Under the pieces are notes generated by a model. The model was not told where the DNA came from. It saw nothing but the letters and a program-made list of their open reading frames with translations, and ran no database searches. A DNA stretch of 64,000 bases from NCBI GenBank assembly GCA_002633005.1, contig NMRA01000070.1:357872-421871 (forward strand), given 5' to 3'. Source of the DNA: Phoronis australis. Lineage: Eukaryota; Animalia; Phoronida. Made by a program: the position numbers and the translations under genes. This document shows, piece after piece, positions 49,261-62,000 of this stretch. Positions within the stretch are counted from its first letter, which is position 1. Every line of letters begins with the position of its first letter.

Positions 49261-49849
49261 GGCTCTCACGGCCGGCAGGCCTATACATCAAACACTGGTA
49301 GTTGACAAATGTTATCTTGCATTTTGACCAGTCTTCTTTATGTTTCTCCGGTTTCTTGTCTTGACGAGCACGTGCCCTCTAGTCTCCCAGTTCCGGTGTC
49401 GTGTCCAATAATGCATCCTGCCCAACTATGGTTCCAATGATCATCTCCCCACGACTTGACGACGCCGAGTTTTGTTGCTGTCATTTATGGATAGGTGGCG
49501 CTTCATTCAATCCAGCGTGCCAAATCGCTTGGCCTATTGGCCTACGTCTCGCTGGTTCCCTGCGTGCCGCTAGGTGGGGCGGTAGCTGCTGGCTGGGCTA
49601 AGCACGCAGGGAGCCAGCGAGGGCCTACGGGCGACAAGTGTGCATCGAACTTGTGAAAGTTTTAGTAAAATAACAGGTACAAATATTTGATGGTAAATCA
49701 TTTTTGTATACATGTTATAAGAAGAATTTATTAATTTTATTACAACTGTGCAAATGATCTGTTTTCAAACTCGAAATACCTGTGCACGAATATCAGCTGT
49801 AGTTTTGAGAATTACCGCTAGAGCGACAGTTGACCAAAGAAAGTACAAT

Positions 49850-50023
49850 ATGACTGCCGACAAGAATGCTCGAAGCTCTCTTGATCCCAGCTCGTTTTCG
49901 CGTCCGGACGAATGCAAGTGCTCTCATATTCATTTGAAGCTCGCAGTTGACTTCTCAAAGAAGGTTCTAAAGGGTAGAGCAGTCTTGGATTTCGAGAAAC
50001 AAGTCTCCAATGTTGGACATGTG
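49850..50023 (+). CDS. LTA4H: LTA4H exon 1 (possible upstream in-frame ATG at 49754)
   Basis: [19 protein letters not shown]...VGHV | GTAAGC. Confidence 0.9.
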
Positions 50024-53000
50024 GTAAGCTTTCGCAGTTTCGTTCTTCCTAGTTCCTAGTTTCTATTCTTAATTTCATTTTCTCGACTCTTGCTTCTGAA
50101 GTTGGTATGCGACTCTTGTCTTCATTACGGTACGTAGATAGCGCCACCAGGTCATGGTTGTCCTTAAGTATTGGGAACGTTTTGATAGTTTCAAGTAAAA
50201 GTTTAAGCCAGGTTAAGTTCCACAAGGTTTATCAGTAGCTCTGTGTCTGAACACCGTACCTAACCTAACCGAAGACGAAGTGAGCATTAGTTATCTGTTC
50301 GGGCGACTATGTTTCTGCCCTGTTTTAGTCATGGGAAGTAAAGAATTGTCAACCCCCCTTGCCTATGCCTGGCTACAGGCTTCACAAATGAGACATCTAA
50401 CTGAAACCCGGCATTATTTTTCAGGTTCTTGACAATCGAGATTTGGTCATCCATGCCGTGAGGGATGACTCCTCTGGACAGAAACTTGCTTTTGAAGTGG
50501 GAGAATCAACAGGGTTTGGGTCTAAGATAGTCATCAAGTTACCTGCCGTGCAGGATAAAAGGTATAACTGTACTATTTGGCTGACATCAAGTTGGGCAGA
50601 GTACTTTTTGCAGAATAGGTTGTCGTTAAGATTTTTCATTATAAGTTTACAGTGCATACTATCAATGATTTGAGGCACGGGATACAGTTAAAAGGGTTAA
50701 AAAATCAAACATGCAAAATGGCATGATAAAAAAGAACAGTGAGTCAAATAAAAATAGGATAAATAAATCTATGTGGGATGACGGTGCATGCAGTTTAAAA
50801 GAGGAGTTTTAAGTGATGATATGAAAGACATGAGAGAGGGAGAAAGAAAGGACAATTTTGCTGTCAAAGGGTGTTAACGTTAGTATGTGACTTTTTTGAT
50901 TTTGTGTTCTGGGACAACTTGAGCAGGTACAGCATATTTCCTAAGTTTCGGTTTTCTAGACACTGCTGTTCAATGTGGGTGATTTTAGCCTTTGTGACTT
51001 AGAGGCAGATTTTGTGTCTGTTTCGCTGTTGAATTCTAAACCGAAATGCTTTGGAGTTTAAGAACATTTCCACGCTCGTCCAATCATGAATTATTGCCAA
51101 ACAAGGCAGAAACTCAAATCAGGCAATGTGTACATTTGCTATTTTCAAATTTTGGAAAATTAGGTTGAGCCAAACTGAAGAAATTCGGAAACGTTTCCTT
51201 GAGCTGCTGATGGTTTTGGTGTTACTGAAATTTAGTCTTATCACAGTAAGTGATGTTATGAGTCAGATTTTGCGTGCTTAAGTGGCTTCATTCTTTTTTT
51301 GTCTTTTGCAACTAAAAATTGAAAAAATGTTGTTTTAACTAGATATACTCTCTATTCTTTCTGCAGCTTCAAGGTTTGCATTGATTATGAGACCTCACCT
51401 GACAGTACTGCCCTCCAGTGGTTGACACCAAAACAAACCCTGGGTAAAGTTCACCCGTATCTGTTTAGTCAATGTCAACCTATTCACGCTCGCAGTATGC
51501 TGCCATGTCAGGACACCCCGGGCTTTAAAGTCACTTACACGGCAGAGGTAAGGCAATATAGTACTGAGGATATTAAAGGTAAAAGTCAACATTTGTTAAA
51601 TAACTTGGTCGTGATTTTATCTAGTCAGTTTCTTACATGCCGTCAAAGAGAAAAATGAGCATTACCTCGACTAGAAATTTTTAACCACTATTGACTATTG
51701 ACTGCCATCTTCCTTGGTAGTGATTACCACCAGATGGAGCTCTTGAAAATAGTACGTTGTAAATAAGGCTTAAGCGTAGTGGTTATTACTGAGGAAGGTG
51801 ACAGCCAGCCATCGAAAATTTCTAGAGGTAGTTCTTATTCTTTTTCTATTGGATGACTAGTAATAAACTGACTATAAAATGTCAATATTTTTTGGTTTTG
51901 TTTTTTCTAAAATGCAAATAACACATTGTTTTAAATGACTACTAGAGTTACATTATTACTGAATGGTAGTCCTAACTCCTAACCTTGACTTTGTTCTTAA
52001 CGAATTCCTCCTAAGCAACGTTAGCAAATTTTTATATACCGTTTATCAATATTGTTGCATCTGATTTCCCTACATGAATCTGTAAATATTTTTGTTTTTA
52101 TATATCTGTAATAGCATGTCTAAGTATTGGAATACTTATTTTAGATACTACTTAATTGTATATATCTCTATGTATATAAGTTTCATTTATGAATTGTTTA
52201 CAACCCAGATATAATGCNGCTGCTGATGGTTTTGGTGTTACTGAAATTTAGTCTTATCACAGTAAGTGATGTTATGAGTCAGATTTTGCGTGCTTAAGTG
52301 GCTTCATTCTTTTTTCGTCTTTTGCAACTAAAAATTGAAAAAATGTTGTTTTAACTAGATATACTCTCTATTCTTTCTGCAGCTTCAAGGTTTGCATTGA
52401 TTATGAGACCTCACCTGACAGTACTGCCCTCCAGTGGTTGACACCAAAACAAACCCTGGGTAAAGTTCACCCGTATCTGTTTAGTCAATGTCAACCTATT
52501 CACGCTCGCAGTATGCTGCCATGTCAGGACACCCCGGGCTTTAAAGTCACTTACACGGCAGAGGTAAGGCAATATAGTACTGAGGATATTAAAGGTAAAA
52601 GTCAACATTTGTTAAATAACTTGGTCGTGATTTTATCTAGTCAGTTTCTTACATGCCGTCAAAGAGAAAAATGAGCATTACCTCGACTAGAAATTTTTAA
52701 CCACTATTGACTATTGACTGCCATCTTCCTTGGTAGTGATTACCACCAGATGGAGCTCTTGAAAATAGTACGTTGTAAATAAGGCTTAAGCGTAGTGGTT
52801 ATTACTGAGGAAGGTGACAGCCAGCCATCGAAAATTTCTAGAGGTAGTTCTTATTCTTTTTCTATTGGATGACTAGTAATAAACTGACTATAAAATGTCA
52901 ATATTTTTTGGTTTTGTTTTTTCTAAAATGCAAATAACACATTGTTTTAAATGACTACTAGAGTTACATTATTACTGAATGGTAGTCCTAACTCCTAACC

Positions 53001-56000
53001 TTGACTTTGTTCTTAACGAATTCCTCCTAAGCAACGTTAGCAAATTTTTATATACCGTTTATCAATATTGTTGCATCTGATTTCCCTACATGAATCTGTA
53101 AATATTTTTGTTTTTATATATCTGTAATAGCATGTCTAAGTATTGGAATACTTATTTTAGATACTACTTAATTGTATATATCTCTATGTATATAAGTTTC
53201 ATTTATGAATTGTTTACAACCCAGATATAATGCTTCGCGGTTTCTGGGTTTGNCAGTACTGCCCTCCAGTGGTTGACACCAAAACAAACCCTGGGCAAAG
53301 TTCACCCGTATCTGTTTAGTCAATGTCAGCCTATTCACGCTCGCAGTATGCTGCCATGTCAAGACACCCCGGGCTTTAAAGTCACTTACACGGCAGAGGT
53401 AAGGCAATATAGTAGTGAGGATATTAAAGGTAAAAGTCAACATTTGTTAAATAACTTGGTCGTGATTTTATCTAGTCAGTTTCTTACATGCCGTCAAAGA
53501 GAAAAATGAGCATTACCTCGACTAGAAATTTTTAACGACTATTGACTATTAACTGCCATCGTCCTTGGTAGTGATTACCACCAGATGGAGCTCTTGAAAA
53601 TAGTATGTTGTAAATAAGGCTTAAGCGTAGTGGTTATTACTGAGGAAGGTGACAGCCAGCCATCGAAAATTTCTAGAGGTAGTTCTTATTCTTTTTCTAT
53701 TGGATGACTAGTAATAAACTGACTATAAAATGTCAATATTTTTGGTTTTGTTTTTTCTAAAATGCAAATAACACATTGTTTTAAATGACTTAGTCGTATT
53801 GAAATGACGTAGTAAAGAAATTCAGTTTCAAGCGTTGAAAGCGGGGCCCCTCCTATAGTATTATAGGTCCACCCATCCTTTGGCCTTCTTCAGGCGGGGT
53901 CCTCTAAATTAATATTGAGATTTTGCTGACGTTATTTCACTAAGAACAAGTCAGTTAAAATAATAAGCTGGTAAATCTTCGTTTATGTCTCGTAGTTGCT
54001 AATTAACCTGATGCTTTTGTCAAAACCTGTTTTTTTATCCATACCACTTTGTGTTACAATTCTGTCTCAAATTTTTCTTTACTCAGATTAGAGCTGACAT
54101 TTTCTTATTGTTCAACACCAGCCTCAATAAGTTTGCTTCACTTAGTGTATCATTTTATGCGTCAAGCATGTCCTCAAGCAGTAAAAGAATATTTTCTGAT
54201 TGTCTTATTTTCAGATTTCTTGCCCGAGAGAGTTGACTGCATTGATGAGTGCGGTGCGCCAGACATCTTCACCGCACCCCTCGGATTCATCGCTAATGGT
54301 TACCACATTTGAACAAAAGGTTCCCATACCCACCTACCTGATTGCCATTGTGGTTGGAGCGTTAGACTCCAGGTAAGGAAACTTTGACTTTATTCCCAGA
54401 TTCGGCTGCATAAATTGTGCATTCAGGAGAATTTTTAGTGTGAGGTCACTTCCACAAGATGCAAGGCAGATTTTTGTTTGATATCATTCATTACTTTTCA
54501 AAATGGCTAACTTGCTCAAAGTTGTGCCATTCAGAACTGGTTGAAATGAAAGTTTACCAACACCTCAACACACGTGGTCATATTGTCTTTAACTGAAACC
54601 TTTGTTATATTAGCCAATAATTAACTTTTGAATTCAGTTGTTTATAAGCCAATTGTCTTTTTATTGTAAAATGACTTGTTCATCTCTGCGTACAGTGTAC
54701 GCAAAATGATCAAAATTCAGTATCCCCATTATGAAATGACTTTCTAAAAGCAGTTTAAGGTGGTGTTGTCGTAATATCATTTCTTAAATCAGTTGGTCTA
54801 TTTACACCAGCCTCCAGGTTATATACATTAACACGATGGCCGGTCATTTCACTGACCATCTAAAGGTGGCCTGAGAAATGACCAATGGAAACATCGTATT
54901 CTCATCATAATAGATAATGACCCATCACGACCTGTCATTCCTTCTACTATAATGGTGAATTTATGCCATCATGACATTTCATTTTCCTTGCACTCAGTGA
55001 TTGCCAAGGGAATTCTGCATCATTTTTGTCTTATTATTTTTGGCGCCTACTGTGGAATGAAAATCACACATTGGGATCTGCACTCTTCCTCAGTTGAATG
55101 TCTTTGTACTCTAGATGGTACAGTATGTTTTAGAAATGAAGTGTAATACAAATATTAGATGTTATTCTGTCCATCAGTCACTAGGTGGCGACACCATATC
55201 CACCATGTGTGTGCTCGCCAAGGACTGCCAAACAACATGTTGTGGAAGTCATTGACATGTTGTGAGTCTGCTCAAAAATAGTTCGGCAAAGAGACAAGTT
55301 ACGTGTAAGGGAAGCAGAAGAAACTAAGTCAAGTTATCAAAAACAGAAATGGCATTGGTTTTGATGTCCGATATTACAAAATAATGAAAATATCCGCATT
55401 TGGTAATATGTGGCTATAACTGGCCAGATATGTATATAAGAAAATACTCGCTAGTGTTGACCTACGAAGTAAATGTTTTGTGCTCTTATTGTAGAGACAT
55501 TGGGCCAAGGTCTAAGGTGTGGTGTGAGAAAGAGATGGTTGATGCGTGTGCTTACGAATTTGCTGAGGTGAGTGGATTGCTTCAAGTATGATCATTTATG
55601 TATAATGCACTTATGGTAAAACAGTCTAGGTACCCGTTGTCAAAGGTTGTATACCCCCCCCCAACCTAGCCATGGCGGTAATAAGCATGTGATTGTAAAT
55701 CCAAAGCTATTTGTGAGATCTTAACATTAAACTTGTAATGTTAGTTTGTGTTCACATTTGGCGACCATCTGCATCCATAAATTGTCAGCATAGTGACAAA
55801 AATATCATGTGCAATGATTTTAGCTGGCACTGAGCATTTCACCTTTAATGGCATGGACTTCTAGGTAGAGTTCAGTAATAATAGGACCTATGCTAGGAGC
55901 TCTTTAAAAGTCAACAATTTGCGAGATTACGTTAGATATTGTCGTGTTTTTTAAGTGAGAACACGTGATTTTGGCTATAGTAGATTTTTCCAGTCGCAAG

Positions 56001-59000
56001 ACAGCTACTAAACTCTACACTGGTCTCTCTGTCATCTTAAATAGATAGGCCGAAAATCAGTGAAGTAATGTTAACATGATGGCAATATTTGAGAGAAACT
56101 ATGCATTATTCATTGTTATGCGCCCACATATTTATATGTGGACGCATTATGCCGTCATCTGCAGCCGTCCGTCCGGGCGGCGTCCGGCGTCCGCTGCTCT
56201 ATCTCCAAAACCCTTTGACATACATTTATGAAATTTGGCACATATGTTCCATTCATGAATAAAACGGACGGATCCGACTACTGGTGTGCCTCCTAGTGGC
56301 AATTTTAGTTTTTTACGCTTACCTTTGTATCTTCAAAAGTCTGTACGGATTTTCATGAAATTTGGTATGTAGACACCTATTAGTGAGATGACACTATCCT
56401 CCCGTTTTTGGATGGATTCGACGTAGTTTGCGCCACCTAGTGGCCTTTTTTACTGTTTTCGAGTCTGTTTTTTGCGTCCACCCTTCTAAACCAAACTGCT
56501 GAAAGGATGATTGTGAAAATTGGCATGTATGTGCTTACTATGAAGAGGACGGTTGACGATGATTTTCCGACGATTTTGACTACTGTGGCACCTCCTAGTG
56601 GCAATTTTGTTTTTTTTTGCGCCTATGGCTGTATCTCCTAAACCGTTCGCAGGATCTTTACCTAATTTAGCAAGTGTATTTATATGATGTTGACTACGTA
56701 TGACAATGACTTTCAGACAGATCTGACTACTGCTGTGCCCCCTAGTGGCAATTTTATTTTTTTACGTTTAACTCAGTATCTTCAAAGGTTCTCAACAGAT
56801 TTTCATAAAATTTTGAATATAGGCATATATTGGTGAGATGACACTATCTTCCTGTTTTTGGATGGTATTTTGCACCACCTAGTGGCCATTTTTGCTGTTT
56901 TCAAATCTTGTTTTTGGTGTCCACCCCTGTATCGACCAAATCATTTGAAAATTGGCATATATGTTCTCAGTGTGAAGACGACCTTTGATGATGGTGACTG
57001 ACTACTGTGGTGCCTTCTAGTGGTAGTTTTGTTTTGCGCCCATAGTTGTATCTCTTAAACCCACTGCAGGATCTTTACTGAATTTAGTAAGTGTATTTAT
57101 ATGAAGATAACAACAGACGACGACGACTTTCAGGCGGATCCAACGGACACTGTGCCCACTAGTGGCAATTTCATTTTATTCTGTTTTCCTTTGTTTCTCT
57201 GAAGTTCCTTGACAGATTTTTATGAAATATGGCATGTTCCTGTTTTTGGATGGATTGTATGTTTTTGCGCCATCTAGTGGCCATTTTTATGATATAAATA
57301 AATAACCCTAAAAGCACACCATTTGCAATACATTTGTGGGCGCATTTCAACGCTCCGCGTTGCTCTTGTTGTCTGATGGCTTTAACAAGTAGTCGGGTAT
57401 TCAGAAATAAGATTCAGTCAATCTCCTGCTGATGGAAGTCCCGGCTGAGACCAAGCAAGTGACATATCTTCATTTTATCTGGGATTTGTGCATGGATTTT
57501 TTTTTCAAGTAATATAGACTTGTTGATGGAGACTGGCAAAAGTTCTTTAATAAGGCAAAAGTAGTTGCTGAAGTTGTTGTTTTTAGAGTTTTCAATGGCT
57601 TACAATATTGTTGAGAGGGTTCAAAATATTTCTGTTTGTGCTCTACAATACAGATCATGCTTACAGGAAACTCAGTAAACTTTTCTTAAAAGTTGTATTT
57701 TGTGAAATTTTGTTTGTCCATCATGTTGTGTTCTAAACTGAAGAAAATCACATTGGTTTGTTTATTTGATGCATGTTGAGTTCTTGTGTTATGAATACTT
57801 TAGAATCTATATTTTAACGATTGCCAGATTGTCTCTCGTCTGCACTTCAACTTCTATGGTATTCAATATCTAATTTTCAAAGTTACATTCCTGAATATTT
57901 TTTACTCAGTCACATATTAACCATCACTGTGTCCTGTGCCTTGATGTGTGGAAAATTCCCTACATAAGAAGAATTGTTAAAACACCAATTTGTGCTTACA
58001 GACGGAGACAATGTTGAAGACTGCTGAGGATATATGCGGCCCGTACGAGTGGGGAGTTTACGACGTTCTTGTATTACCGCCGTCATTCCCTTATGGAGGC
58101 ATGGAGAACCCATGTTTGACGTTTGTCTCCCCGACGTTAGTGGTGAGTCATAAATAATGAGCAATGTTCGCCCTCCACTTCCAAATCATAGGGGTCCATG
58201 TGCCCACCTTCCAGAGTTTTCAGTGTTCATTTCAATATCTGGGGGTTTGTGGGCCCACCTACCGAAGTTTTCAGTGTCGTTATCAATATCTGGGAGTCTG
58301 TACACGGCCTGGGGTCTGATTTTTGTACTCAAAATCAAACTCAAAATTATTTTGGTCATTTTATGTTCTGCTTTAATTGTGCAAACTCAAGAAAAATGTC
58401 TATTATTCAGCGTTTGAGTGTATTATTGTTAACTCATATGAGTTTCTAGTCCATGTTCACATTTGTCCCCTAGATTCGGTCTGCAATCTCAAATAAAAAC
58501 TCAAGATTTCGAGTTCAGACTTGAACTTAAAGCCAACTTTAATGATGATGTCATCAAGTGCATTAGACAGTCATCCACATAAGCCATAAACAGACGTCTA
58601 TCTTAAGTTTCATTAGCTGTAGAATGGAAATGCCAAACAATAATTTCTAGTTTGATTTCAATTACAGAGATTAGACTCTGCACCCAGTTATTTGTTCACT
58701 AGTACATAATGATGCATAGATTATATTGGAAACTAAGATCCATAAAAATATAAAAAGGTAAGACAAAGATGTCAGGTTAATTTTTGGTAAGATTATCTTG
58801 TTTTAGTTAAAAGCATTTCAGACAAGTTTGTTTATTGATTACAGGTTGGTGACAGGTCTCAGGCAGATGTGGTGGCTCATGAGATCACACACAGCTGGAC
58901 TGGCAACTTGGTCACAAATAGGAACTTTGAACACTTCTGGTACGTACTAACAGATGTGATGTTTCAGTTAGCAAACAGTAGTCATCTTCAGACTGAAGAC

Positions 59001-62000
59001 TTAATTGTTTACTCAATAGTAATGTTTCTAAAAGCCTCATAGAACACTAATTGGGTCATGTTGAAAGCGGGGATCTCAAACCATAATGATGTGAGTTTGA
59101 GGTGGCAAATCAAGTAATGCAAGCTGTCAGTGATCGCCTCTTCATCCATAGTGTATATCCTGTAAAATTAGAAATGCTGACTCAACATATTGAAAACTTA
59201 AAATATTTCGCTTCATATGAGGAACCAAAACCTGTTGAGTCGTGTCATTAGAAACTTTGTGACTGGCAAAAGAGAGAAGTCAATTAGATTGCAGTTATTG
59301 ACAATTAAAACTTTCATGCTCAGGTCTGTATGTTTTGTGTTTTAGTTATGTATAAAGTTTGTATGTGACAAGTTCAACTGTTGCCTATTCTTCACGGAAC
59401 ATAATGGCATGATAGTGTTGATCTCTGTTTAGCACAAAGCAGATGCAATTGCCATGGAGATTGATAAGAAACTAAATGGGAATTTTATTGAATTCAGTGT
59501 GAGGTCATGGGATCAAGGATACCTACACCAAAGTTTGGTAAAACCTCTATAAAATTCTCAAACAGGATTTCCGAGACAACTTGCATTCCTAACTTTTTAT
59601 GGTTGCATTATGGATTGAGTGGTGTTCAGCCACCCCAAGTTTATTCTAATCTTAGGTTGGCAATTTAGTACCTCTCGAGATGGCGCTAGTTGTGAACCTC
59701 AAGTGAGATTGCTTTCGACGTACTTCGTATAACAACACAGTCTCTCTAAGTTAGGTAGTGATACCGAATATTGTGTTTCAGGCTAAATGAGGGTTTTACC
59801 GAGTTTGTCGAGAGGAAGATAGTCGGAAGGATGTTTGGAGAGCCAAGCAAATACTTCTCCTTCATAGGAGGGTGGAAAGCTCTGGTGTATGCTGTAGGTA
59901 TTGCTAGTTTGAGTGGGTAGTAAAATCACCGTATCCTTATATTATGTCATTTTTCCTCATAGTCACTGTATGTGCCCACACCTCATCGCTGTGTAAAACC
60001 ACAAATCAAACACTAGTTAATACTGAGCATTTGTTTTGTCAGATTTCCTGTCATTTCTAGTTGTTGAAATCATGAATCATTTACTTTTCCCATATTGGGC
60101 TGAATTCTCTATTTTTTTGTTGATATTCTGCCCGCGATTCAAACAAATTTACCATGGGGAATGTGAAAAGTGTCTAGTTTTTCTTTTCAGTTTTTCATGT
60201 ACGAGATATATTGTACAATCTCTTCATGCTCTTAAGTAGTTTGGATGGGATTATTTTTGAAACTGCAAATGTGCTGTTATGAAGGTGCCAACTATAACTA
60301 TGCTGTCTCGCAAACAGTTGTTTTGAAAAATGTCTCTAACTTTGATATCCAGGTGACCATTCCAAGAAAACTTACTTAGCTAAGACAAATCTTAAATTTG
60401 TGTCAATTTTAAGATAAAACTTCAATTTGTTTGAAGTCTGTTCCAAGGAAGTGATCTTACGTTTTTTAATAGTTTTGCCTTAAGTTCGACTAACTTACCA
60501 GATGTGGAAGTTTGAAGGTTTGAAAGTTGAGACAAATCTTAAGTAAAAAATGATCTTAAGTCAGTTTCTAAAATGAACTTAAGTCAGTCTCTTGGAACAG
60601 ACTCCAGACCCCATACTATTCTTTCGATGATGTCACAGTGATTGTATCAAAAAGATAGGAAAGTGTAATCAAAGCTGCTACAAACCTAGCTGCTGTCAAA
60701 AACAGCTTTTCTTTAAGGTCACTCGAAGTGTAATATTGGTCTCGCATTATTCGTTTTGGAGATTTGAAGTGATTGCTGGCCTTGGATTAAACTGTGTTAG
60801 GTGCAGACCAAGCTCTAAAATGTGGCTCCACCTGTGGGGTTATTTGTGCACTGAGCCTGGCCTACAGCATTAACTAACTGCATGTTCGTCCCGAGTCCAA
60901 AAATCGCTTTTAAGTAAGGAACAAGTAGAAACCATTTATTAAACAGTCATCTAAATCTGAAATTTTAGTTTTTGACAGATGCGTTCATCACTGCTCTGAG
61001 TTCAAGCCTTCAACTTTGTTCTTCCGTCTTAAGTTCACTTTTCTCTTGTAGGTCAACGTCACCCTGGCGAAGACGCCAGAACTCAGCGCCCTCTGTCCGT
61101 GTCTGACGGACATTGATCCTGACGACGCGTTCTCAGCCGTGCCATATGAGAAGGGCAGCAATTTTCTTCTTCATCTGGAACAGCTACTGGGAGGACCAGG
61201 TAAAGTGTTGACTATTGCATGCACACACCCAGCCGGCAAAGTGGGCAAAAAGGTCCTCCTCTGAAACAAAAATTCAGAAAAAAAGTATACAAGTGAGACA
61301 AAAGTCCACTGAAAAGGCAGGAACTAGAAAAATTTGGCGAATGCACAATTCATAGCTCTAAATGTACCCTTTGAATCTAAGTACAAGGTCCACATTCTCA
61401 GAAATTTGACCCCCCCCCCCATGCGCACATGTCCTGTTAACGATTTCCATTTCAACGTAGTACGAATTTTGGGTTATGTTTACTCTTGCTCCAAAATACA
61501 CAAAAATTATATGTGATTTTTGCCAGTGAATGTTGTTTTGGTCATTTGTAAACATGTCTGCTGTGTCTGTCATGGGATTACACGTCATTCATCAATCGTA
61601 TTTGACAGAACAATTCTCATGTGAAGCAAATGTGGGAAAAATGTTTTTGTTGTATTTTGTGTCTTTTTAGAGGTGACACTGTTTTTTCAACAAAAGTGCA
61701 ATATTGTTTTTACCATAACAGTTTATTGACGCTAACGAAGTATGGCTATTTGACACATTCACACGCATACGCACACACGCACCCACACACATGCGCGCAC
61801 GCTCGCACAAACAAAAGCGTTTTTTGAGACCAGGTACTAAATGTGACAATCACTAGCAATCAAAGAAACAGAGGAGCTAAACAGGACCATCTTCTGAGGT
61901 GACACTGTTGTTATAAATCCCTCCCGTTTCTCAAGCAGACAATGTTGTAATTTAGTTTTCTTTAAGGTATATATTGTGAAGGAAATTAAAAGAACATTGA

